Of a stretch of 64,000 nucleotides of DNA, positions 42,051 through 51,500 are shown one piece after another. The position numbers and the translations under genes were made by a program. The DNA comes from an uncultured Gemmataceae bacterium (lineage in GTDB: Bacteria; Planctomycetota; Planctomycetia; Gemmatales; Gemmataceae): assembly GCA_963750165.1 (NCBI GenBank), contig CAVVPN010000011.1, forward strand, positions 2,016,001-2,080,000. The letters are read 5' to 3'. How positions within the stretch are numbered: the first letter of the stretch is position 1; each line of letters starts with the position of its first letter. A model generated the notes under the pieces. It searched no databases and was not told the origin of the DNA. It saw only the letters and a list, made by a program, of their open reading frames with translations.

Positions 42051-45000
42051 TCACCAGCGGAAGAACCGATACGGGTCGTCCCATTCCTCCGGCACGTCGA
42101 GGTAAAGGCCGGTCAGCCAGCGCCGCTCGGACTGTGTTGCCGGCACCGGAGTGCGAAAGCGCTCCAGGACCGGCGTGGCGCTGGGCACCCCCAGGTTGGC
42201 AGTTAACCGGGTGGCGAGGCACGCGATCCGCCGAAACGTGCGACGCAGGTTCATCTGCGTTTTGTGCTCGAACTGCCAGGGGGCGAGCTGGCAGAAGATC
42301 GTGCCGTCGGCCCCGGCCGCCAGGACGCCGTTGCCGACCGGCGCGGCGCCGCCGGTGACCAGCGCAACGGAACGCGGGTCACGGTTGTGAACGTCAGCCG
42401 GGGCGACGCCGGCGAACAGCGAATATACGCCCGGCGGTTCAAAGAACGCGGCGATGTGCTCCTGTTTCTTCGTCGTGACCTTGCCGGGAAGGAATGCCTG
42501 CGCCTCGCCCTGGTCCAGCCCGAACGCCAGCACCCGGCCGCCCGCTTTCAACCAGGCACCGAGCGCCGCGCGGTCGCCGGCCAACTTCGCCCCGCCGCCG
42601 GGGCCGACGATCAACACCTGGTCACCCTGCAATTTGTCTTTGGCGTAAGCGCCGAGCGTGAAGCCGGCGGCTTCGAGATGGCGCTTGCCCGCCGGGTCGC
42701 CGGCGTACAGGGCCGAACGCATCGGCCGCGGCTTCCAGGCAGCCACGTATTGAACCAGGTTGCGCGCCAGCCGCTCGGCCGCCGGGTCGCTTTCGGTGCG
42801 CCCGGTCACGTCCAGCTGGCAGAAGAGCACCACCCCCCGGCCTTCGCGGTACTCCAGCAGCGGGCTGTATTGCAGCGCGTAGCCACCATCGACGACCGCC
42901 AGAAAATCGCCGCGGGCCGGCTTCTCGATCAGCACGGAAGCGACGTTGCCCCGACAGCCGCAGCGCCAGAGGTGGGGCACGTCGATACCGCACCATTGCA
43001 CCGTCGGGCCGTGCCGGGGCCGCATGGTGTAGGTGAGCTGCGGCGGCAGCAGCGTCGCCGCGCCGCGCCAGTCGTGCAGGTGGTCCGCCTTCAGCCCCGC
43101 CAGCAGCGGATGATCGGGCACACGCGGGAACACGTTGCGCAAGCCGTACTCCGTGACGCGGAAACCGAACCGCTGCTCCAGCACCTGCGCCGTCTGCTCG
43201 AAGACGATCACTTTCAGGCCGTCGCGCACCCGATCAACGTTCGGCCCCGGCCCGTCGGGCGTCAGCGCCTCCTTGCCGACGATGAGCACGTCAAATTTGG
43301 CGAGGTCGGTTTTGGCGTCCACTTGCTCGCATTTGAGTCCCAGGCCGGCGAGCAACCTGGCCGTGTGCCCCCGCGGATCGAACAGCGCCACCCGCGCCCG
43401 ACCTGCGGGCCGGCAGGTCGCGGCAACACGTCGATGGTAAACGCATCGGTCTGCGTCTCGCCGGTGCCGAAACGGACCGTCGCCTTGATTGGGTACTGGC
43501 CGGCCGGCAATTTCTTCGGCAAAGCGAAGCGGAGGGGAATGCGTTCCTGCTCGCCGGTCGGCACGGAGATTTTCCTGGTGCCGGCCACTGGCTTGGGCAA
43601 ACCGCAGGACCATTCGCAGACACACTTCACAGTTTGCCGTGAATTGTTGATGATGATGAGCTGCTTCTCGACGGTTTCGCCGGGGAAGAAGTTATGGCCC
43701 TTGCCCGTGAATTCCCCGACCTTGCCGCCGAGGTAGGCGAGCAGCGGCCGGTTGTTGCGGTAGAGGGCTTCCGCCGCGGCGGTGGGCACCCAGTCGGACG
43801 CCGCGTAGTCGGTGGTCATCTGCCCCGGCTGGCGCTGCGTGTAATCGGGACTGAAGCCCGGCTTCTGGAGTTGGTCCCAATCGACCTTGAACACCGTCCG
43901 GCCCTGGTTCGCGCCGTCCTTCCGCTTCCAGAAGACGTGATACTCCCACGGCGAATTGGCCGAGAGGCCCCAGGTGCGATGGGCACGCCAGTTGTCGGTG
44001 AGATACTGGGCGAAGATCGGTTGCCGTTCGTCGAAGTCGCGTGCCCCGACCTGGTGCGGGTAGTCCCAGCGGTGCCAGAGATTGCCCTTTTTGAACTGGG
44101 CCGCCTCAAAGCGGAGGTTCTGCTTCTCGCGCTCGCTGATCCGGTAAGCCTGGTCGCCGAGGAACTGCGCGTTCCACTCGGCCAGGCAGAATTCCCACGG
44201 CACCTTCGCGCTGCCGAACGAGCGCTCCCCTTTGTACCAGCCGCGGTACATGGTCCAGTCCCAGGAGAACGGCACGCCGTACTCGCACAGGAAGACCGGT
44301 TTGACTCCTTTCGTCGCCCAGTGCTCGAACCAGTCGGACATTTCCTGGACCGGCACGAAGTTGGCGTAGAAGTTGACGGTGTGCATCGAACCGAGGTTGC
44401 CCGAGGAGTGGTGGTAGACGATTCGGCCGGGGTCGAGCGCACGCACAATGGCCTCCGCCTTGAGGGCCAGGCCTGCGTTGTTACGCGACCAGGTGTCGCC
44501 CGCGCGGGTCGTCGCGGCCGTCCATCCGGTGCGGGTTCATGTCCTCGCCGTAGCCCGTGGCGTTGTGGCTCATCGCATAGGCCACAACCGCCGGGTGATT
44601 CTGGGCCGCGCGCACGTAGAACGCCGCGTGCCGGGCGTAGCCGTTCTTTTGTTCGGGATTCGGCATTTTCCAGTCATAATGGCCGAAGTGCGGCTGCGAG
44701 AACGCGACCAGCATACCGGCGTCGTCCGCGGCGCGCAGGATGTCCGTGAAGCTCACGTGCGTGCCGGGCTGACAACCGTAGTTGTGCGTGTAGACGAAAT
44801 TGATGCCGAAGCTTTTGAGACGTTTCAGGGTTTCACGGGCGGCTGCATAGGTGGCCGTGCGCGCCCCGATCTGGGCGTTGTCCAGCGGCACCGCCGAGAG
44901 GAAGATGCGGGTGCCGTTGAGGTAAAAATCCTTGCCGTTGATCCAGAACTCGCGGAAGCCGAAACGCACCGGATACGCGGCGTCCATCAGCTTGCCGCCG

Positions 45001-45974
45001 CCGTCCACCAGTGCCACCTCGGCCGTCAACTGATGTTGCGGAGTGTGGAGATCCCAGAGTTTTTTGGGCCGCCACTGCTCCGTGACGCTGACGCGGCCGG
45101 CCGTCAGTTCGCCGGCCTGGAACGGCTTGCTCGTGAACTCGCGAACGCTCTTGCCGTCCTCCCGAATCGTAACCCGCAGAGCGTACCGTCCCTTCGCCGC
45201 GAGGCCGTCGAGCGCGGCGCTGACGGCCAGCGTGCCCTTGCGCACCGAGGTGTCCACCTTCACGTCGGTGACGCGCGCGGCGGGCGTGCTGGTGAGGAAC
45301 ACGTCGCCGCACAGGCCGCGCCGCTCCACCTGGCCCTTGACCTCGCGGGCGGAGTTCGTGTCGTTGTAGGAGAGCAGGACGCCCTTGAGCGGCAGGGCGT
45401 CCACGCGCAGGCTGAGGAGATACTTGCCGCCGGGCTGGCATGCGTTGGAAAGATCGACCTCCGCGGCGGGGAAGCGGACCTCACCGGCTTTCTTGCCGTT
45501 CACGTACACGATGGCGAACGAATTCACGTACTCGACGTGCAGGGCGATGCGCCGGCCGGTCCAGTCCTTGGGGACCGTGATCGTGCGCTGATACCAGCCG
45601 GCGGTGAGGCCGCGCACATCGGCCGCTTTCCAGGCCGGGTGGGCGAACAGGGTCTGGCAATCTTCCTGAATGTAGTTGGCCTTCCCCGGCCAGAACGCGG
45701 GCACCTTGAAGAAGCCCCAGGCGCCGTCGGGCGGCGCCTCGTTGCCGGCCCTGGCGGGCTGGAAGCGCCAGAGGCCGTTCAGGCACATGCGTTCGCGGGT
45801 GGGCGACCGGTCGCGGTGGGCCTTATCGACATCCCAGACCGCCTTGACGCCGGGCGGAAGCGGCACGTCCGGTGTCCTGGGTTGTTGCGCTCCCGAGGAG
45901 CCGGACAAGGCGTGGGCGGCCAGGAAGCACAAAAAGGCATTCAACCATAGCGATCGGTAAATGGTCCACATCAT
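42051..45974 (-). CDS. Large secreted GH2-like glycoside hydrolase (~1,300 aa); frameshifts near 44500 and 43398
   Basis: Signal peptide, CLNGLWRF, FGFREFWINGKDFYLNG, NHPAVV, RALDPGR, FLCEYG across ORFs 44481-46193, 43262-44446 and 42051-43625. Confidence 0.85.
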
Positions 45975-46072
45975 GATAACCTCGAACGTGCGGTGGTCTC
46001 CTGATTCGGGGCGTTCCTTGCCCCGGCGCCTCGTGCGCGGCTGGTTCGAGCGGATCGCGCCTGGGGGTGGGA

Positions 46073-46351
46073 TGGCGGGCACAGCCTGACCAGCAGGGGC
46101 CTGCGCTGTCGCAGCAAGGGAGCCAAGGGAGCCAATGTTTTCACACGTCGAGATGCGGCGCCCTGGCCCTGTACGGCTGGCACGGCGCGACAACCACCGG
46201 CGGCGGTTGCCACAGCAAGGGGGCCAAGGGGGCCAAGGGGGCCAGCTTTTTCATACGTCGAGATTCGCGCCTGGCAGCGGTGCGCGCCGCTGCCAGGACG
46301 GCTCGGGAGCGCCGGCCTGCCGTTCGTGGTTCACGCAACTGCGAACCGCGC
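46073..46351 (+). repeat. Dispersed ~280-bp repeat, copy B
   Basis: Inverted homolog of 17157-17405. Confidence 0.9.
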
Positions 46352-47112
46352 TAGATAACAGGCTTCAGAGACCTGCCGCGATTCCGGCGCACAAGGCCGG
46401 TCACGATCAGCAAAGCGCCCCCGATGCTCGCCAGGACCAGCGCGGACGGGGTCGGGACCACGGGACCGCCGCCACCGGGGCCCGGAAACGCCTGCTGGCT
46501 GTTAGTGAACGCCACGGAAGATTGCTCGGTCGTGGGAAATTCGTTTGGCATTCCGTCGAAGAGAAAGGTGAAATGCCCTCCCGGATCAGCCGCAGAGGTG
46601 TATCCGTCCACCGGGTTGTTGTCGGCACCCGTAATATCGATGTTGTACGAACTCGAGGTCGTAATCGGAAGGTAGGACAGGTCGTAGGTCAGCGTGCCCA
46701 CGTCATAAGATCCTGCGGCAAGACCAAATTGGAACGGGTAGTTTTTTCCGGTAACCGGGTTCACATTCGGCGTGTCAGAAACCTGAAACAACGAGCCAAA
46801 TTGCTGCGTTGTCCAACCTCCCTGACTGGATGACTGCAAGACGGTCGAGTTCAGGTTAAAGCTCCATGCGCCATAGTCACCGTTCGGCGACAGCACGAGA
46901 CTACTGGCGCTCACGTCGATTCCGAAAGTCGATGCCTGGAAGCCCGTATCGGCCGGGGTGGTGCTGAACGTGAGATACACCTCGAAGCTGACCGTGTTCC
47001 CCGAGACGGCTGCCGTCCCGAGGGAGAAGGTGGCAAGACCGGCCGCGCAAGGCTGAACCCCACACAGCACGCCTATGACGGCAGCGCACCAAAGCAAGAT
47101 GGAGGAACGCAT
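46351..47112 (-). CDS. PEP-CTERM-like surface protein
   Basis: Signal peptide; C-terminal VPTPSALVL, TM helix, RRNR. Confidence 0.82.
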   Translation of the reverse strand: MRSSILLWCAAVIGVLCGVQPCAAGLATFSLGTAAVSGNTVSFEVYLTFSTTPADTGFQASTFGIDVSASSLVLSPNGDYGAWSFNLNSTVLQSSSQGGWTTQQFGSLFQVSDTPNVNPVTGKNYPFQFGLAAGSYDVGTLTYDLSYLPITTSSSYNIDITGADNNPVDGYTSAADPGGHFTFLFDGMPNEFPTTEQSSVAFTNSQQAFPGPGGGGPVVPTPSALVLASIGGALLIVTGLVRRNRGRSLKPVI

Positions 47113-47442
47113 GACTCATGCTCCGTGGGCGTTAAACAGAAGGATACCGCCAGTTGGACCCGTCGCCTATCTCCGGGAAGTAGTATGTTCACAGCTTGGA
47201 CAGGCAATGTCAAGAAAATCCGACGGAGATTTGCCGTCAGTGTGCCGAGCGGCTGGCGCGTCGAGACGGGAGGCCCCCGCGCCGCCGGGCGAGTACCAGT
47301 CCGTCCGGGTTGGTTTCCTCCACCGGCCCGGTGAACCACGGACGTCCTGGCCTTCTTCACGATGCCGTCGTTGCAAAAACCGGACCGGGGAAACTCACGC
47401 CTCTGGTGGTACACGCCGGGTCCACTGCGGCTTTTGTGCTTA

Positions 47443-47519
47443 GGAGGCGCCGAACAACAACTTCGTAGGACGGCTCTCCAGAGCCGTCCTACTCTTGGAA
47501 GTTGTTGTTCGGCGCCTCC
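47443..47519. mobile_element. 77-bp MITE-like element with an internal REP-like hairpin
   Basis: 22-bp perfect IR GGAGGCGCCGAACAACAACTTC flanked by TTA at 47440-47442 and 47520-47522; core GTAGGACGGCTCT-CC-AGAGCCGTCCTAC. Confidence 0.72.
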
Positions 47520-48164
47520 TTATGAAAACCACACCTGGCCGAACAGGTTTTTTCCTACGGAAGCCCGTCGTACTTCCTCGATCCCCGCAGCAGAAGAGTC
47601 CTTCCTGAGTGCGTTCACGTCTCGATCTTGTTGCTGCAGCTCCTGTTCGATGAGTTCACGCACTGCCGCAATCTCGGAGGGGTCAGGGCCGCTCTCCTCC
47701 TTGAGATCGTTCAGGAGGACGCCGTGTTCATCCAGCAATAGTTCAAGAAGGTCGAAGTTCCTGCCCGAGAGGAGATGTGCATAGCCAACGGCCCGCTTTT
47801 CAACTGCGCCAAGCAGATCCACGATTGCGGTTGCGATGGTATGAGCGACTGCGGACGATGGACCTCCAGTATCTTCTACTTCCGGCTCTCCCGCTGCCGA
47901 CGAAATGAGTAGCTGCCGGAAAGGCGTTAGCGACTCGGTAACAGACAGAGACGTGTCATTTAGCACGTGCTGCCAGGCGGCATCCAAATCGAGACGAAGT
48001 TTACCCTGCCAATCGACCATCCACGGCACACTCCGCACGGCTCGTTGAAAAACGGGCCATTGTCGTTCGGTGCAGGCCAAGGCAAAGGCAAAGGCGGCAT
48101 TGGCACCCATCCCAGCCAGCGCACGTTCAACATCTTTCAGGTGTTGAACAATTCTCTTGAACAT
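47520..48164 (-). CDS. Putative immunity protein; N-terminus resembles DUF416/YjaG
   Basis: ATG 3 nt after the toxin stop; AFALACTERQWPVF and IEQELQQQDRD patterns; helical and acidic. Confidence 0.72.
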   Translation of the reverse strand: MFKRIVQHLKDVERALAGMGANAAFAFALACTERQWPVFQRAVRSVPWMVDWQGKLRLDLDAAWQHVLNDTSLSVTESLTPFRQLLISSAAGEPEVEDTGGPSSAVAHTIATAIVDLLGAVEKRAVGYAHLLSGRNFDLLELLLDEHGVLLNDLKEESGPDPSEIAAVRELIEQELQQQDRDVNALRKDSSAAGIEEVRRASVGKNLFGQVWFS

Positions 48165-48167
48165 GTC

Positions 48168-48595
48168 TCAGCCTCCTCCGATGGGCCTGGTAATTTGCCC
48201 GTGGACAGATTCTGTTCCCGTGATGTTGATGACTCCTGCTGCGTTCTGCCGAGCCTCGCATGCGGTGCAGGCGTAGTGGGTACACGCCTGCCGTGCCCCT
48301 TGTGCTTCACTTCCCAGGTATTGAATAGCACGAGCTTCGGCGTGGTTTCCCGCCAATCCAGCGGCATTGCCTCCTGTCGTCCCCCTGACGAACTCCACAC
48401 CCTCGCCGAAAATCTCGGTAGCCCTGGCACGGGCCAGAACGCCAGGAACTTGTCGGGCCTGGCTCACGACCACTCGACCCGTTGGAGTGACCGTGACGGC
48501 GATCGGAACACCGGTTACTCCGTTCGCCCCGAAAGCGGCGTTGTGGATGCTGTCGGTGGCGGCCTGGAGTTCTGCATTGGTCCACTGGAAGGGTG
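48168..48595 (-). other. Zn-dependent deaminase-like toxin domain (~140 aa)
   Basis: HAE at 48336-48344 and CTAC at 48258-48269, 25 residues from His to the first Cys. Confidence 0.78.
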
Positions 48596-51500
48596 TTCGT
48601 ACTGCTGGAGCAGCATTCCCCGCGGCAGCTCCCCCCTCGGCAGTCTGCAGCGCCCCCCGTTCGGCGGCGCCCGGCAGTTGCGCCCCTTCCCCGGCCGCCC
48701 GTTCGGCGGCGCCCGGCAGTTGCGCCCTTCTTGCGCCGCCGCCTGCTCGACAGCGGCTGGCACTTGCGCCCCTTCCTGCGCCGCCGCCCGCTCGACGGCG
48801 CCTGGCAGCTGCGCCCCTTCCTGCGCCACCGCCTGCTCACCGGCCCCGACCACTTGCGCCCCTTCCTGCGCCACCGCCCGCTCACCGGCCCCGACCACTT
48901 GCGTCCCTTCCTGCGCCACCGCCCGCTCCACCGCCGGCAGTTCGCTGCTCACCGCCGCCGCCACCGTCGGCCGGGCCACCGCGCTCGCTTCCGAGGTGAC
49001 GGCGGCCGTTTCACTGCTCACGGTCGCCACCTCCGCCGTGGCCGTGGCGGCCCTGGCGGAGGCTCGCGCGGACGCGATCCCGATGCCGGTCAGGCCGACC
49101 AGGTCGATCCCAACGTCCACTACCGTAGCGGCCGTGTCGCTGCCAGTCGCGGCTCTGGTGATATCGTAGGTCAGCGTATGCGTCTGCTCACCGGAGATCA
49201 ACTGGCGGAGGCCCGCCTGCGCGTCGTCGATGCCCTTGAGGGCAACCGCCCCGCCGAAGAAGATGCCCACGCCGGTTTCCGCCGTGACCGCGGCGAAGGT
49301 CACTCCGGCGAAGGTCTGCATCACCCCCCCGACGAATTGCATGGCGCCGAAGACACGCGTAAAGAAGGTGCCGAACGGGTTCCCCCCCTGGGGTTGATTC
49401 TGGAAGTTGTTAAAGTTGATCCCGCTGTGGACGACGAGACGGTAGGACTCGCCGGAGTCGGTGGAGTCGTTGTGAACCAGCACCGCCGCGCCGCTCTCCG
49501 GCAGCACGACGAAGTAAGTGTGGTGCGCCTCGACGTGCAGGTTGTAGACCGGCTCCACGTCGCCGTTGGCGAACAGGTCCGTCAGCACGGCCCAGCTGGC
49601 GTCCGGCGTCCTCAGTTCGTCGCCGATGCGCAGGTCGGCCGCCATGACCCAGCCGCGGCCGCGGACATAGAACGGGTGGCGGTAGGTTGCCCGCACCACG
49701 TCGGCGCCGACGTGCAGCGTCAGGAGCTGGGCCGGCGCGTTGTGGAACGCCCGCGCCACCCGACACGGCTCCGGCGCCGCCAGCGGGTCACCGTCCGGCG
49801 CCGCCAGCACCAGGTCGCCCGCCTGCACCTCCTCGATCCGCTTCGCGCCGCCGTCCGCCATCAGCACCAGTGTTCCGGCGGCGAAGCAGTACTGGTAGAC
49901 GAGTTGGTCGCCCATCCCCGCGAAGGCGTCCAGCGACGCCGCGCCAGCGAGAGACCACCCACTGCCCAGATCGCCCAGGCTCGCCGCCACCGAGTCGCGC
50001 GTCAGGGCGTTGGAAAGCGATCCGGACCCGGGTTGAGATTGCGCGGCGATCTGCGTGACCGTCGCCGACCACGGCGCCGCCACGCCGCCCCCCGTCGGGA
50101 TGGTTGGCCCGCTGCCCCAAACCAGGGGCGCGCCGACCGGCGCGAAGTCGAGGCTGCCCGTCGTGCCCGTCCCCTGGTTGCTCGTCTCGACGTAGTGCTC
50201 CAGCAGATCGTAGCGCGAGTTGCCCGAGGCGGTTTGGGTCAGGGCGCCGTCGAGGTAGTTGCCGCCTTGCGCCAGACTGAGCGAGGTGCTCCCCGTGGTT
50301 GCGACCGTGTTCCCGCCGCGCGTCTCGGAGCGGTTGTAGTTGCCGTTCACCGAAGTGGTCCGGGTGAAACCGCCCGTCTGGGTGTTGCTCGACTCCACGA
50401 CGGTCGATCCGTCGGTCCCGGTCACCGTCACCGAGTAGGCGCCGCCCGAGTCGGTCCCGGTCTGGGCGAGCGAATACACGTCGCTGCCGTTGGTGGTCGT
50501 TTGGTAGCTGCCGCTGATGGTGTCTTGCGACTCGGTGGACGTGTAGGTGTTCGTGCCGCTGCCCACCAGGTGGTAGGGGTTCAATCCCGCAGTCAGGTCC
50601 TGCGTGAACGAGTAAGTGTCCGTGCCGGTGGTGTTGACGCTGTTGGTGCCCGTGACGGTGTTGCCCGTGCTCGTCGCGTGGCTGACGTCGGTCGAGGTGC
50701 CCGCATAGGTGAACGGCCCAGACCCGCCGGTCCCGCTCTGGGTCACGGCGGTCGTCGTCGTCGTGTCCATCGTGTTCGACCCCGACCCCGTCACGCTGTT
50801 GCCGCTGACGCTCGACGAAGAATCGACCGTGGTGACGACGTGAACGGTGAACGAGGTCGTGAGGTCATTGCTCGCCGACGATTGGTCGTCGGTCACCGTC
50901 GAAGTGCCGGACGACGTACCGGTGTACGCGCCGGTCAGGTTGTTCCCGGAGTTCGATTGACTCTCCGAGTCGCTCGTCGTCTCCGTCAGAGTGAAGTTGC
51001 CCGTCGGGACGCCGGTGACGGCGCGCGTCGTCGTGCCGTCGTCGGTCGTCTGCACGGCGCTGGTGAAGTCCCCGGTGACGTTGTTGCCCGAGCCGGTGGA
51101 GGTGTCCGTGGTCGTCGTGGTCGAGTTCAGGGTGTAGGGGTTGCCGCGGTTGCCGGTCTCGCTGTCCGTGGTCGTCGTGCTGTCGCTCCCGGTGCTGGTG
51201 TAAGCGCCGGTGACCGTGTTCTCCGTTTGCTGCTGCGTCGAGTTGCTGGTGGTGGTGTCGGTGCTCGTGTCGCTGCCGTCGCTGTAGGTGGTGCTCTGCG
51301 TCACCACGTCGCTGTCGTTCGTCGTCTGCGAACTGGTCATCGCCCCGGTCAGGGTGTTGCCGGACGACTGCGAGTTCGTCGTCGCGGTGTCGGTCTCGGT
51401 GCTCGTGTAACTGCGAGTATCGATCGTCCCCGTTTGCGTGTGGGTCGTGGTCTGGGTCTGGGTGGCCGTCTGGCTGTCGGCGCCGGTGATGCTATTGCCC

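Noticed and set aside
48515..48725. C-terminus RNCRAPPNG... of the 4462-aa ORF
   Set aside because: Out-of-frame reading after the missing G; the other frame continues the repeat and reaches the HAE/CxxC domain.
49469..49888. Classical mobile intein
   Set aside because: No endonuclease insert, Asp at +1, and a pretoxin position.
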